Assembly (NCBI GenBank): GCA_027311065.1
Contig: DAICZP010000091.1
Coordinates: 155 to 64,154, forward strand
Reading direction: 5' to 3'
From: Thiomonas sp.
GTDB lineage: Bacteria; Pseudomonadota; Gammaproteobacteria; Burkholderiales; Burkholderiaceae_C
DNA length: 64,000 nucleotides
Shown: positions 1-10,913 of the stretch, piece by piece
Layout: every line of letters begins with the position of its first letter
How positions within the stretch are numbered: the stretch's first letter is position 1
Made by a program: the position numbers and the translations under genes
Notes under the pieces: model-generated
What the model saw: the letters and a program-made list of their open reading frames with translations, nothing else
Database searches by the model: none
What the model was told of the DNA's origin: nothing

Positions 1-531
1 CGGATTTTCAGCACCGTGCGTCACCACCGTGACAGAGCCTGGCAGCTTGAGGTCGTTGACGTGCACCGACTGCCCTTTGTGCAAACCACCGAGATCAACT
101 TCGATGAACTCCGGCAGATCGGCCGGCAGGCACATGATTTCGATCTCATTGAGCACGTGGCTGATCATGCAACCCTCGAGCTTGACCGCCGGGGCTTCCT
201 CTGCATTCACGAAATGCACCGGCACCTTCATGTGGATCTTGCGATCTGCGGCGACGCGCATGAAGTCGACATGCAGCACGATCGGGCGGAACGGATGCAC
301 CTGGAAAGCTTTCAGCAGCACCTTGGTGGTCTGCTCACCGATTGCCAGATCGAGCACGGAAGAATGGAACTGCTCCTTCTTCAATGCGTGATAAAGCGCA
401 TTATGATCAAGTTCGATCATTTGCGGCTTCTGGTCCGCGCCATAGACGATGCCGGGAACCTTGCCGGCGATGCGCATGCGGCGGCTCGCACCAGTTCCTT
501 GCGCTTGACGTTCAAATGCGACGACTTGCAT
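1..531 (-). CDS. rplY: 50S ribosomal protein L25/general stress protein Ctc (partial; 3' end runs off the window)
   Basis: Not in the ORF track; translated by hand from ATG at 531 (GGAG upstream): [31 protein letters not shown]...[22 protein letters not shown]. Lies downstream of prs, the usual prs-rplY order. Confidence 0.93.
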   Translation of the reverse strand, partial: MQVVAFERQAQGTGASRRMRIAGKVPGIVYGADQKPQMIELDHNALYHALKKEQFHSSVLDLAIGEQTTKVLLKAFQVHPFRPIVLHVDFMRVAADRKIHMKVPVHFVNAEEAPAVKLEGCMISHVLNEIEIMCLPADLPEFIEVDLGGLHKGQSVHVNDLKLPGSVTVVTHGAENP

Positions 532-628
532 GTCGACTCCTGAGATGGGGCATGAGCCCCGGTTTGCACGACGGAATGCTTGCGACCAGCATCCCGCACG
601 GAACGCACCTATCGGGTGCGAATTCAGA

Positions 629-1600
629 TCAGAACAGGGTTTCCTGGTCGTTGAACAGTTGCAGCACCGAACCACCCTGGGCGATGCGGAGCATGGTCTG
701 CGCAATCAGCTGGGCGGCCGACACCTGGCGTACCTTGGGGCTGTCGAGTGCCGCGTCACGCAGGGGAATGGTGTTGGTGACCACGACTTCGTCGAGATCA
801 CTGGCGTGGATACGTTCGATCGCCGGCCCCGAGAACACGGGGTGGGTGCAATACGCAACCACCCGTTTCGCACCCCGCGCCTTGAGCACCTCTGCTGCCT
901 TGGTCAGCGTCCCCGCCGTATCGACCATGTCGTCCATGATCACGCAGTTGCGACCGTCAATGTCGCCGATCACGTTCATCACTTCAGACACGTTCGGCTT
1001 GGGGCGGCGCTTGTCGATGATGGCGAGATCGCACTCCATCAACTTGGCCAGCGCCCGCGCACGCACGACACCACCGATGTCTGGGGACACGACGATGAGG
1101 TCGGAATAATTTTTCGCACGCAGGTCACCCAACAAGATCGGCGATGCGTAAATGTTGTCGACCGGGATATCGAAAAACCCCTGGATCTGGTCCGCGTGCA
1201 GGTCCATCGTCACCATGCGGGCAATGCCGACCGCCTGCAGCATATTGGCGACCACCTTGGCGGTGATCGGCACACGCGACGAACGCGGACGACGGTCCTG
1301 ACGCGCATAGCCGAAATACGGAATAACCGCGGTGATGCGCTCGGCTGACGCGCGCTTGAGAGCGTCGGCCATGACCAGCAATTCCATCAGGCTGTCGTTG
1401 GTCGGCGCGCAAGTCGACTGCACAATGAACACTTCGCGGGCGCGAACGTTCTGCTGGATTTCGACCGTGACCTCACCGTCGGAAAATCGGCCGACAAACG
1501 CCTGCCCGAGACCGATGCCCAGTTGCTCGACCACCTGTTGCGCCAGCGCGGGGTTGGAGTTTCCGGTGAAAACGACAAAATCGGCCGCGTTCTGATTCAT
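629..1600 (-). CDS. prs: Ribose-phosphate pyrophosphokinase
   Basis: [24 protein letters not shown] and DDMVDTAGT motifs. Start taken at MNQNAADF (1600); the ORF extends to 1648. Confidence 0.97.
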   Translation of the reverse strand: MNQNAADFVVFTGNSNPALAQQVVEQLGIGLGQAFVGRFSDGEVTVEIQQNVRAREVFIVQSTCAPTNDSLMELLVMADALKRASAERITAVIPYFGYARQDRRPRSSRVPITAKVVANMLQAVGIARMVTMDLHADQIQGFFDIPVDNIYASPILLGDLRAKNYSDLIVVSPDIGGVVRARALAKLMECDLAIIDKRRPKPNVSEVMNVIGDIDGRNCVIMDDMVDTAGTLTKAAEVLKARGAKRVVAYCTHPVFSGPAIERIHASDLDEVVVTNTIPLRDAALDSPKVRQVSAAQLIAQTMLRIAQGGSVLQLFNDQETLF

Positions 1601-1730
1601 GTTGTGGACAGAGGAAAATGAGCGCCACCGACTGGTCCGGTCGGTCACGCCTGGCCGGACTGCGCGTCAGTTTGCCGCTTGACCAGTACGGCAGTGGCGG
1701 GGACCAACCCCGATACCAACCTTGAAGGGG

Positions 1731-1804
1731 CTGGGGAGGAAGGATTCGAACCCTCGAATGCCGGAATCAAAATCCGGTGCCTTAACCAACTTGGCGACTC
1801 CCCA
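1731..1804 (-). tRNA. tRNA-Gln(TTG)
   Basis: TGGGGAGTCGCCAAGTTGGTTAAGGCACCGGATTTTGATTCCGGCATTCGAGGGTTCGAATCCTTCCTCCCCAG folds as a cloverleaf with anticodon TTG. CCA is not encoded. Sits in the conserved ispE-tRNA-Gln-prs position. Confidence 0.96.
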
Positions 1805-1917
1805 AAAGCGGTTTTTCAACAAGCAAGCCGCATGCCAGCGTCTGGTGATGCGGCGCGGCGCGTTGTTGTCAAACGTTGGCACGCTTTAAGCTGCCGAATT
1901 CAAAAGTGTACAAGATT

Positions 1918-2886
1918 TCATTCGGCCCCGTCCACCCCTTTTTCCCGCATGTGCGGGTGCGTGACCGCATCCGCAGCCCAGGCATGCAACGGATGCATCG
2001 GCAATGCCCTGCAGGTTCGCAAGCGCCATTCCGGATCCGGCACGGGGACCTCGTGGCAGGCACGCGCCGTCAGCGGCGCAAACATCGCCGAACCTGACCC
2101 GCTCATCGCCACGCGTTCGCTCCCGGTCCGCCGATGCAACCAAGCCTCCACCTCGTTCAGGGTCGCGAGGGCCTCGCGAGCCACCGGCTGCAAGTCATTG
2201 TGACCGAAGCCGAGCCCGCGGCTGATCACCTGTTCCAACGCGTCCGCGCCGTCCGAAGCACCGCACGGATGCTCCAGACTGGCCTCGAACGCGCGCACAC
2301 TCACCGGGGAGGTGTCCCGTCGCAAGGATGTGGCCCCGAACACCGTCGCTGTTGACAAGCCTTGCCCCGGCCAGACAACAACGAGATCCCATGCGGGCAG
2401 CGTCACGGGAGCGAGCACGTCGCCCACTCCCTCGGCAAACGCATTGCGGCCAGCCACGAAGACCGGCACGTCGGCGCCGAGTTGCAGGCCGAGGTCACAC
2501 AGCGCCTCGCGCGACCAGCCAAGCCCCCACAACCGATTCAAGGCCAGCAAGGTCGTGGCCGCATCGGAACTGCCGCCGCCGAGACCAGCTTGCGACGGAA
2601 TCGATTTGCGCAGCGTGATGTGCACGCCGCGAGCGCAGCCGCTGGCGCGCTGCAGCAACTGCGCCGCGCGCACACTGAGGTCATCGTCGGGCAAGCCCTC
2701 CACGGCAGCGCGGGAAATGCGCGCATCCGGACGCAGCTCGAAATCCAGCAGATCGCACCAGTCAATAAACTGAAATACCGTTTGGAGCTGATGGTAGCCA
2801 TCGGGACGCCGCCCGAGGACATGAACAAACCAGTTCACCTTGGCAGGCGCGGGCACGCCATACAAGGCCTCCACGATCGGGGTCAT
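1918..2886 (-). CDS. ispE: 4-diphosphocytidyl-2-C-methyl-D-erythritol kinase
   Basis: PAPAKVN, GYHQLQTVF, the GHMP motif PSQAGLGGGSSDAA, LGADVP and MSGSGS. ATGA overlap with lolB. Confidence 0.95.
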   Translation of the reverse strand: MTPIVEALYGVPAPAKVNWFVHVLGRRPDGYHQLQTVFQFIDWCDLLDFELRPDARISRAAVEGLPDDDLSVRAAQLLQRASGCARGVHITLRKSIPSQAGLGGGSSDAATTLLALNRLWGLGWSREALCDLGLQLGADVPVFVAGRNAFAEGVGDVLAPVTLPAWDLVVVWPGQGLSTATVFGATSLRRDTSPVSVRAFEASLEHPCGASDGADALEQVISRGLGFGHNDLQPVAREALATLNEVEAWLHRRTGSERVAMSGSGSAMFAPLTARACHEVPVPDPEWRLRTCRALPMHPLHAWAADAVTHPHMREKGVDGAE

Positions 2887-3500
2887 GGAGCGTCACCATC
2901 GCCGCACATCTTGGAACCATCCGGATCGAACACCATGTCGACCCGCGCGCCGCCATCATCCCGCGTGGCACGCAAAATATGCAACGGCCCTCCCACCGGC
3001 TGCGGCCGCACCCTCCAGCCCAGTTGGTCAAAGCCGCCGTCTGGCAGCACGACCGAGGCCATCGACGACGCCGGCACCCCGCGTACCCAGTCCTGCATCG
3101 CCACCTGTGGCAGAGCGACGCCAAGCGCCGCCATGGTCATGTCAGGAAAGGACGGAAAGCGGCGGACAGTATGCCCATCGGTAAGTTTCGCGCCGTCAGC
3201 GCTCCACCGCGCTTGCACCAGTATCTGCCCCAGCGGCGACAGCACATCGAAGCGCCCGGAATTGCCGGCCAGTACGAGCTCGAAACCACCGTACATTCCT
3301 CGCATACCCGCACCGGTGACGGCGATGCGTCCACCCAGTACCGTCCTGCCGCATGCGTGTGCCGATGACGCAACGGTTGATGCCAGGTCCGGGTGGGCGC
3401 AACCCCCGAGGCAGGACGCGACCACCGCGAGCGCGGGCGCCGCCCAGCGGCTCCGCACCCCCGCGGCGGCCGTCCGCGCAAGCCTGACAAGGGAGATCAA
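2883..3500 (-). CDS. lolB: Outer-membrane lipoprotein insertase LolB
   Basis: Lipobox-like LGGC, SPLGQ and a WVRG motif. Lies between the TPR gene and ispE, the conserved TPR-lolB-ispE order. Confidence 0.8.
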   Translation of the reverse strand: MISLVRLARTAAAGVRSRWAAPALAVVASCLGGCAHPDLASTVASSAHACGRTVLGGRIAVTGAGMRGMYGGFELVLAGNSGRFDVLSPLGQILVQARWSADGAKLTDGHTVRRFPSFPDMTMAALGVALPQVAMQDWVRGVPASSMASVVLPDGGFDQLGWRVRPQPVGGPLHILRATRDDGGARVDMVFDPDGSKMCGDGDAP

Positions 3501-5245
3501 AACGACACGCCCATGCGATGCATGGCGCCCGTCACGCCAGCGTCATGCGGAGCTTGCAGCCAGGCCTGATGCAACACAGCACGGGCGCGCGCCGCATTGC
3601 CGCGATGCCACAGCACCTCGGCAAGATGCGCGCCGATGGCGGGATCGGGGCGCGCGGTCCATGCTTGCTCGAGCCAGGACTGCGCCTTGTCGAGGACGCC
3701 CGAGCGGAATGCAATCCATCCCATGCTGTCGAGAACGAACGGATTGCCGGGTGCCAGACGCAGTGCATGCTCAACCAGCCGCGAGGCCTCGGGAAGATCG
3801 CGATTCCGGTCCGCCAGGCTGTAACCCAGTGCGTTGAACGCCGGCTGGAAGCGCGGCTGGGTCGCAACCAGGCGACGCAGCAAACCTTCCATCTCACGGA
3901 AGCGGCCGGCTTGTTCGGCCGCCATCGCGGTTTCGTAGACATACTCGGTGTCAGTGGCGTTCTTGCCAAGCCCGGCCTTCAGAACGCGGTACGCCGCGCC
4001 TGGATGCTGCAGCGTGCGGTAGAACTGCGACAGCAGCAAGCGCCGTGCCCGTCGGGTGTCTTGCGTCGACGTCGGTAACTTGTCGAGCAGTGCAACCCCC
4101 GCCTGCAACCGGCCTCGGCGTGCCAGGTCGATGGCGCGCTGCAGCGCGACGCTCTGCGGCTCCTGGCCCGCGGGAACCTGCTGCAGCCAGCCATCGGCGA
4201 CGTCCTGATTGCCTTGTCGGGATGACGCGTCGGCCATGGCCAGGCACGCGCGTGCAACTCCCCCCACCTGCGTCCTGTCGTCGCGCGCGAGCCGCAGGTA
4301 GTTCAACAAGGCGTCTTCAGCCTGGGAGAGCGCGCCACGATCGAGCTGAATGGTGCCAACCACGAGCCATGCGGGGGCGAATTCCGGACGCATCCGGGTC
4401 TGCTCTTGCGCTTGCGCCAAAGCCACGCCGGTACGGTCCTGATCGAGTGCGGACGCAACCCACGCCATGCGCAGATCCGCGTCATCGGGGCGGGCCTTGA
4501 AATACGTTGCCATCAGGGCGTCCGCGCGCTGCGGGTCGACCTTGTAATTCTGTAACAGCAAGACCGCGGCGGCGGGGAAATCCTGCTCGGCCTGCAAGGC
4601 AGCGGTGGCTTGGCTGAAAGCTGCCGCGGGGTCACCAGCCCAAACCTGCAACTGCCCCAGCGCCACCGCCCCCGCGGGAAGTTGCGCATACGGCGCGAGC
4701 ACCTTGCGCGCCGAAGCCAGCGCCACCTGGGTGTCGCCCATGCGCGCGAACAGCGCCGGCAGCGTCAGCAGCACGGCCGGGCGCTGCGGCGCTGGCGTGC
4801 GGGAAAGCATGCGCGTCAATGCCGTGGTTGCCTCGGCGTTGCGTCCCATGGCGACCAGCAGTTGCGCGGCCCATTCCTGCGCGCGCGCGGAGGCCGGCTG
4901 CTGCTCACGCCACGCATTGATTGCCACCAGGGCGTCCTGCAACGTTCCCGCCTGCAGTGCCACGGTGGCGCTGCGCTCGAACAGCGCGGCGGAGTTCATG
5001 TCGCGCGCTGCCTGCAGCAGCTCCGCATAGGCAAGGTCGTGATGCCCGGTGTTGGCGGCGATTTCACCGACCATCACCGAATAGAACCAGCGCGCGAGCT
5101 CGTCCGGATCGTCGCGCCTGGTCCCAGGTTCGGGGGCGGACGCCGCCGGCACGGCACCGTTGTGCGAGGCTGGGCTCTGCGCCAGCGCCCATGGCGCCCA
5201 GGCGATGAGTGCATAGAACGCGACGGCGAGAACGGGTTGGCGCAT
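3497..5245 (-). CDS. Exported tetratricopeptide-repeat protein
   Basis: Signal peptide, many helical repeats, and NALGYSLADRN / DSMGWIAFR / HLAEVLW motifs typical of the TPR gene upstream of lolB. Start taken at MRQPVL; the ORF extends to 5287. Confidence 0.88.
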   Translation of the reverse strand: MRQPVLAVAFYALIAWAPWALAQSPASHNGAVPAASAPEPGTRRDDPDELARWFYSVMVGEIAANTGHHDLAYAELLQAARDMNSAALFERSATVALQAGTLQDALVAINAWREQQPASARAQEWAAQLLVAMGRNAEATTALTRMLSRTPAPQRPAVLLTLPALFARMGDTQVALASARKVLAPYAQLPAGAVALGQLQVWAGDPAAAFSQATAALQAEQDFPAAAVLLLQNYKVDPQRADALMATYFKARPDDADLRMAWVASALDQDRTGVALAQAQEQTRMRPEFAPAWLVVGTIQLDRGALSQAEDALLNYLRLARDDRTQVGGVARACLAMADASSRQGNQDVADGWLQQVPAGQEPQSVALQRAIDLARRGRLQAGVALLDKLPTSTQDTRRARRLLLSQFYRTLQHPGAAYRVLKAGLGKNATDTEYVYETAMAAEQAGRFREMEGLLRRLVATQPRFQPAFNALGYSLADRNRDLPEASRLVEHALRLAPGNPFVLDSMGWIAFRSGVLDKAQSWLEQAWTARPDPAIGAHLAEVLWHRGNAARARAVLHQAWLQAPHDAGVTGAMHRMGVSF

Positions 5246-5345
5246 GGGCGAATCCTGAAGGTCTCCTGATTTTATGGGATACCCCAAATCCTTTCGGACA
5301 CAGACGGTCGCGACACGCGCTCACCGGCTCAAGCACAATGTGAAG

Positions 5346-6155
5346 ATGCCTGAATTACCGGAAGTCGAAGTCACACGCCGCGGCCTTCTGGACGCCGCCG
5401 TGGGCCGCCGCATCCATGCATCGCTGGTTGGCAAGCCGCTGCGCTGGCCGCTTGGATGCGCCGATGCCACGCTCGCGGGCCGCCACATCACGGGGCTGGC
5501 GCGGCGCGGGAAATACCTGCTTTTCGCGATCGAGGGCGGGTGTCTGATCGTCCACCTTGGCATGTCGGGTTCGCTGCGCTGGGCCGACTTGCCGGTTCCG
5601 CTTGGCCCTCACGAGCATTTCGGGCTCGACACCGATCGCGGGGGACTTCGACTGCGCGATCCGCGTCGATTCGGCGCCGTCATCTGGCACCCCTCCAACC
5701 TGCCCGAGCACCCGCTGCTGGCGGGGCTGGGGCCTGAACCTCTGCTTCCGGGCTTCGACGGTGGGTCATTGCACCGCGCCCTTGCGGGACGCCGCGCGCC
5801 CATCAAGGCGGTCCTGCTGGACCAGTCGGTGGTTGCAGGCCTTGGCAACATCTACGTGTGCGAAGCGCTGTTTGCCGCCGGAATCGATCCCCGGCTTCCG
5901 GCAGGAAACCTGTCGGCGAAGCGTTGCCGGCGACTGGCGGAAGCCATCCGAACCATCCTCGACCAGGCCATCGCCATGGGCGGCAGCACACTGCGGGATT
6001 TCGCGCATACCGACGGCGGGAGCGGGCACTTCCAGCTCGCAGCCCGGGTCTATGGGCGGGCAAACGCACCCTGCGACGTCTGCGGGCGCGCACTGCAGCG
6101 CATCGTGCAGGGCCAGCGAAGCACGTATTTTTGTGCTGGCTGTCAACGCGCCTGA
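5346..6155 (+). CDS. mutM: Formamidopyrimidine-DNA glycosylase (Fpg)
   Basis: N-terminal MPELPEVE, HLGMSG, DPRRFG, GLGNIY and a C-terminal zinc finger CDVC...CAGCQ. Confidence 0.97.
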   Translation: MPELPEVEVTRRGLLDAAVGRRIHASLVGKPLRWPLGCADATLAGRHITGLARRGKYLLFAIEGGCLIVHLGMSGSLRWADLPVPLGPHEHFGLDTDRGGLRLRDPRRFGAVIWHPSNLPEHPLLAGLGPEPLLPGFDGGSLHRALAGRRAPIKAVLLDQSVVAGLGNIYVCEALFAAGIDPRLPAGNLSAKRCRRLAEAIRTILDQAIAMGGSTLRDFAHTDGGSGHFQLAARVYGRANAPCDVCGRALQRIVQGQRSTYFCAGCQRA

Positions 6156-6193
6156 GCCCTTGCGCCACGCTTGACCGTGCTGACGTCCCCCCT

Positions 6194-7258
6194 ATGACCT
6201 CCATCCCAGCCTTGCCCCCCGGCCCCGAGCGATTCGCCGAGCGGCTGATTGCCTGGCAGCGCGCGCATGGTCGCCACGACTTGCCATGGCAAGCCACGCG
6301 CGATCCCTACCGTGTCTGGTTGTCGGAAATCATGCTTCAGCAAACGCAAGTCAGCGTCGTGCAGGCGCGGTTCGAACCCTTCCTGCAACGATTTCCAACC
6401 CTGCGGGCGCTCGCCGAAGCCGACCTCGACGCCGTGCTGGCGCAATGGAGCGGCCTGGGCTACTACCGCCGCGCCCGCAACCTGCACCAGTGCGCGCAGC
6501 AGGTATGGCACGAACATGATGGGATTTTCCCGCGTACCCAACAGGATCTGCAGCGCCTGGCGGGCATCGGACGATCAACGGCGGCGGCGATCGCGGCGTT
6601 CTGCTTTGGTGCACGCGCGGCCATTCTCGACGGCAACGTCAAGCGCGTTCTCAAACGCGCCTTCGACCTGCCCGACACCCTCACCGACGCCCGCCTCTGG
6701 GCTCTGGCCGAGCACCTGCTGCCAAACGCCGACCTCGACGCCTACACCCAGGGCCTGATGGACCTTGGCGCGACCGTCTGCAAACCCTCGCGCCCGCATT
6801 GCGAGGCCTGCCCGTTCGCCGCCGATTGCCGTGCACACCTGCCAGGTGGCGCCAACCTGGAACGGCCTCGCCCCAAGTCCGCGCCCCGCCCACGCAGGGT
6901 GCAGACGTGGGTGCTTCTGCTGGCGCGTCTGGGTGACGCGGTCTGGCTGGAACGGCGCGACAGCCACGGCATCTGGCCCGGGCTCTGGTGCCTGCCGCGC
7001 CATGACGGCATCGGCGAGGCGCTTGCGCAGGCACACACTTTCGGTGCGGTGTTGACGCAGACGGCGCGGCCCACCTGCCTGCACCCACTGACCCATCTCG
7101 ACTTGCGTCTGGCCCCGATCGAGGTGACCCTGACCGCTGCAGCGCACCCCGCCGTCGATGACACCGCCGACCATGCCGGCTGGTTCAAACTTGCGGACGC
7201 GCTCGCGCTGGGCCTGCCAGCCCCGGTCCGGGCGCTGTTGAGCATCATCGATCGCTGA
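6194..7258 (+). CDS. mutY: A/G-specific adenine glycosylase
   Basis: VWLSEIMLQQTQV, WSGLGYYRRARNL, LDGNVKRV and the 4Fe-4S motif CKPSRPHCEACPFAADC. Start taken at ATG 6194. Confidence 0.96.
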   Translation: MTSIPALPPGPERFAERLIAWQRAHGRHDLPWQATRDPYRVWLSEIMLQQTQVSVVQARFEPFLQRFPTLRALAEADLDAVLAQWSGLGYYRRARNLHQCAQQVWHEHDGIFPRTQQDLQRLAGIGRSTAAAIAAFCFGARAAILDGNVKRVLKRAFDLPDTLTDARLWALAEHLLPNADLDAYTQGLMDLGATVCKPSRPHCEACPFAADCRAHLPGGANLERPRPKSAPRPRRVQTWVLLLARLGDAVWLERRDSHGIWPGLWCLPRHDGIGEALAQAHTFGAVLTQTARPTCLHPLTHLDLRLAPIEVTLTAAAHPAVDDTADHAGWFKLADALALGLPAPVRALLSIIDR

Positions 7259-7279
7259 AGCGCGGCACTCCCCCCGCGC

Positions 7280-8221
7280 TCAGTGCTCGAGGCGCGGCGT
7301 GGTGGTCGTGAGAGAGGCGTCGAGCTCGCGATGGCGAACCAGCACGCGGTATCGCACGGCAAACTTCCGTCCCAGCTGCTCGGCGAGAAACACGGACCTG
7401 TGCTGCCCGCCGGTGCATCCGATGCCCACCACCACGTAGCTGCGCTGGTCCTCCGCAAGCGCCGGCAACCAGCGTTCGAGAAAGCCCTGGACATCATCCT
7501 GCATCCGCACCACCGCCGGCTGGCCGCGCAGAAAGTCCGCCACCGGTTCGTCGCGTCCGCTGAACGCCCGCAAGGCCGGGTCATAATGAGGATTGGGCAA
7601 CATGCGCACATCGAACACGAAGTCGGCATCGAGCGCCACGCCGCGCTTGAATGCGAAGGACTCGAACACCAGTGTCATCTGCGCCGCATCGACACCCACG
7701 GCCTGGCGCACCCAGGTCCGCAACTGCGCCGGGCGCAAGCCACTGGTGTCGATGTGCAGACCGAGGCTGGCGACGGGCGCCAGCAGCTCGCGCTCGAGTT
7801 CGATCGCTTCGATCAATGCAGGTGGCGATCCCGGCAGCGGCTTCCCGGGTTCCCATTGGTGGAGAACTCGCGACGTCAGCGGATGCGCCCGCCGGGTTTC
7901 CGAGAAACGCTGCACCAGGGTTTCGGTGCTGCAATCGAGAAACACGAAATGCAAATCACAGCGCGCACGCATCCGGCGCGTCAGGGCCGGCAGCTCGTCC
8001 AGGCTCGCGGCGCTGCGTACGTCCATGGCGATGCCCAGTCGCCGGTGGCCCGCCAGCGCTGCGACGTCCAGCAGACTGTCAACCAACTGGGGCGGAAGGT
8101 TGTCCACGCAATAGTAGCCAGCGTCCTCCAAGGCATTGAGTGCGATGGATTTTCCTGACCCGGATACCCCAGACAGCAGCACCACCTTCGGCGCTTCGAC
8201 GTCCACGCTGTTCGACATCAT
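7280..8221 (-). CDS. rapZ: RNase adapter protein RapZ
   Basis: Walker A SGVSGSGKS, CVDNLP, RFSETRRAHPL, FDVRMLPNP and GCTGGQHRSV. Confidence 0.95.
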   Translation of the reverse strand: MMSNSVDVEAPKVVLLSGVSGSGKSIALNALEDAGYYCVDNLPPQLVDSLLDVAALAGHRRLGIAMDVRSAASLDELPALTRRMRARCDLHFVFLDCSTETLVQRFSETRRAHPLTSRVLHQWEPGKPLPGSPPALIEAIELERELLAPVASLGLHIDTSGLRPAQLRTWVRQAVGVDAAQMTLVFESFAFKRGVALDADFVFDVRMLPNPHYDPALRAFSGRDEPVADFLRGQPAVVRMQDDVQGFLERWLPALAEDQRSYVVVGIGCTGGQHRSVFLAEQLGRKFAVRYRVLVRHRELDASLTTTTPRLEH

Positions 8222-9876
8222 GCCCCCCTCGCAGCGCCCAGCAGCTCCTGGGCGTGGCTTCGCGCCGCCGCCGATTCGGCGTCACCTCCAAGCATGCGGG
8301 CAACCTCGATCACCCGTGCGTCGGCGTCCAGATCGTCGACACGCGAATGCGTAACGTCGGCCCCGCTTGATTTTCGTACCCGGAGGTGCCGGTCCGCATG
8401 CGCTGCGACCTGAGCCAGGTGCGTGACCGCGAGCACCTGCCCGCCCGCGCCCAGGCGCGCCAGCAAACGGCCGACCGTTTGCGCCACCGCCCCGCCGATA
8501 CCAGCGTCCACCTCGTCAAAAATCAGCGTATCGACCGGCTGTCGGACTGCCATGGTCGCCGCCAACGCAAGCGCGATCCGCGAAAGCTCCCCCCCGGATG
8601 CAACGCGCGCCAGCGGCCTGGGTTCGGCGCCCGGATGACCCGAGACCAACAGTTCAACCACCTCGGCACCAAGCGCCTGCGGCTCTGGCAAAGCCTGCAA
8701 ACCGATTTCGAAACGCCCACCCATCATGCCGAGCTCCTGCATCAACGCCTCGACGGAGCGCGCCAGCGTGGGCGCGGTCGCCGCACGCAACCCGCTCAGC
8801 TGCCGCGCGGCGTCGTGCAGGACGCGCTGCGCTTGCGCAAGCGCGCGCTCCAGGCCTGGGATATCGGCGCCGCGATCGAGCGCGTCGCGCTGCGCGCGCA
8901 GCGCGTCGAGCAGGGCCGGCAACCCCGCCGGCGGGGTGCGGTGGCGCCGCGCCAGTGTCATCCAGGCCGACAGGCGCTCCTCGACTTGCTGCAGCTTCGC
9001 CGGATCCAGGTCGGACTGGCGCAGCCGGCCAGCGATCTCGTGCGCAAGATCGTCAACCTGCGATTGCACCGAGGCCAGCTGTTCTGACAGCACCGCCAGC
9101 GCGGGATCGATGCGCGCCGCCTCGGTGAGCGCCTGTTGCGCTCGCGCCAGACGCGTGCGCGCGCCGAGTTCGTCATCGTCGATCTGCGCCGATGCATCCT
9201 GCAAGTGCTCAACCAGCTCAACCGCGTGTGCAAGTCTATGGTGTTCGGCGTTCAGCGGCTCCCATTCCTGCGTCTGGGGTGCCAGACGCTCCAGCTCCAC
9301 CAGCTGGGCGGTCAGCAGCGCGCGATCCGCGTCGAGCTGCCCGGCGTCAGCGCGCGCGGCGTCCAGTTGCGTATGCAGCTCCTTCCAGCTCTGCCATGCA
9401 GCGTGGCATGCGGCGCGCGCCACAAGCGCGCCCGCGTGTGCATCCAGCAGATCGCGCGCGGCATCCGGCCTCGCCAGGCTCTGCCAGGCATGCTGGCCGT
9501 GGATGTCGACCAGCATCGCGCCGGCAGCGCGAAGCTGCGCCAATGTTGCGGCGCTGCCATTGACGAAGGCGCGCGAGCGGCCCTGCGCGTCAATGACACG
9601 GCGGAGCAAAACCGTGTCCTGGGCTTCGAACCCCTGCGCCTCGAGCCAGTCCTGAAGCGCGGGCGGCGCATCGAACTCCGCCGAAATCTCGGCCCGGGCG
9701 GCACCGGGCCGCAGCACTGAAACGTCAGCGCGCTCACCCAAGGCCAGCTTCAGCGCATCAACCAGAATGGACTTGCCGGCTCCAGTCTCGCCGGTGAGCA
9801 CTGTGAAACCCGGCCCCAGCTCCAGTTCGAGCGCTGCCACCAGCACAAAATCACGAACATCGAGACGTCGAAGCAT
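8218..9876 (-). CDS. recN: DNA repair protein RecN
   Basis: LTGETGAGKS, long coiled coil, ASGGELSR and IFDEVDAGIGG. Confidence 0.97.
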   Translation of the reverse strand: MLRRLDVRDFVLVAALELELGPGFTVLTGETGAGKSILVDALKLALGERADVSVLRPGAARAEISAEFDAPPALQDWLEAQGFEAQDTVLLRRVIDAQGRSRAFVNGSAATLAQLRAAGAMLVDIHGQHAWQSLARPDAARDLLDAHAGALVARAACHAAWQSWKELHTQLDAARADAGQLDADRALLTAQLVELERLAPQTQEWEPLNAEHHRLAHAVELVEHLQDASAQIDDDELGARTRLARAQQALTEAARIDPALAVLSEQLASVQSQVDDLAHEIAGRLRQSDLDPAKLQQVEERLSAWMTLARRHRTPPAGLPALLDALRAQRDALDRGADIPGLERALAQAQRVLHDAARQLSGLRAATAPTLARSVEALMQELGMMGGRFEIGLQALPEPQALGAEVVELLVSGHPGAEPRPLARVASGGELSRIALALAATMAVRQPVDTLIFDEVDAGIGGAVAQTVGRLLARLGAGGQVLAVTHLAQVAAHADRHLRVRKSSGADVTHSRVDDLDADARVIEVARMLGGDAESAAARSHAQELLGAARGA

Positions 9877-9882
9877 CGATCT

Positions 9883-10782
9883 TCAGTCCTCTTCGCCAAG
9901 AACTTCGTGCCAATGCAGCTTCTTGCGCAAAGTTGTGAAATAGCTCCACCCCGGAGGGTGCAGGAAGACCGCGCGATGCGGCGATATCCGCAGGCTGACC
10001 CGATCTCCACCCAGCAGATCGGCGAAATGCTGCATGTCGAAGTTCACGCCGACGTCCTTGTGGGACATGACTTCGATTTCGACATGCACGCCCTCGGGTA
10101 ACACGATCGGTCGGTTCGACAAGGTGTGCGCCGCGATCGGCACCAGGACCAGACCCGGAAGACTGGGATGCAGGATCGGCCCGCCCGCCGACATGGCGTA
10201 GGCCGTGGAGCCCGTCGGGGTCGAGACGATCAAGCCGTCCGCACGTTGTACGTACATCGGCCGCCCGTCGACGTCGACACGCAACTCCAGCAGCCCGGTG
10301 GCGCCGCTGCGGTTGACCACGACGTCGTTGATCGCAATGCCTTCGAAGACGGGGCGACCGCCACGCAGCACCTGCCCGCCGAGAACCGAACGATGCTCGC
10401 GCTCGAAATGCCCGCCCAGCATTGCACCAATGGCCTGCCGCCAGTCGGCTTCGGTAATGTCGGTGATGAACCCCAACCGCCCCGAATTGATACCGACCAG
10501 GGGTACCCCGTAGGGCGCAAGTCGCCTTGCCGCGCCCAGCATGGTGCCGTCGCCGCCCACCACGATGGCGACCCAGCCACCGTCAGCACCTCGCGTCCCA
10601 GCCTCCTCGAGCGCGAGCTCCGCATGGCCGGGAAGATCGCAATGATGGGCGGTCAGCGCTTCCACCCAGACTTCGACGCCTGCTTCTGCCAGCCATGAAG
10701 CGATTTCCGAAAGGGTGCGGGCCACGCCGCCGGCCTGGTGTTTTCCGACCAGGACTGCATGCTGAAACACGGACGTTGGCAT
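9883..10782 (-). CDS. nadK: NAD kinase
   Basis: GGDGT, GINSGRLGF, AINDVV and STPTGSTAYAMSAGGP. Confidence 0.96.
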   Translation of the reverse strand: MPTSVFQHAVLVGKHQAGGVARTLSEIASWLAEAGVEVWVEALTAHHCDLPGHAELALEEAGTRGADGGWVAIVVGGDGTMLGAARRLAPYGVPLVGINSGRLGFITDITEADWRQAIGAMLGGHFEREHRSVLGGQVLRGGRPVFEGIAINDVVVNRSGATGLLELRVDVDGRPMYVQRADGLIVSTPTGSTAYAMSAGGPILHPSLPGLVLVPIAAHTLSNRPIVLPEGVHVEIEVMSHKDVGVNFDMQHFADLLGGDRVSLRISPHRAVFLHPPGWSYFTTLRKKLHWHEVLGEED

Positions 10783-10913
10783 AGGGTATCGATGGATTCG
10801 CGCACTGAAGTCGCTCCCTGCGGATTACAGCACAGCCGGGCGTCAAACCGCATGCCGGATACCTGCAGGCGGCCGGACGCACATACCCGGCCGTGCAATC
10901 CTAGAATGAAGCC

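Noticed and set aside
2150-2300. Apparent short insertion in IspE (HPCGASDGADALEQVISRGLG)
   Set aside because: It falls in a variable loop and all catalytic motifs are intact. Probably lineage variation.
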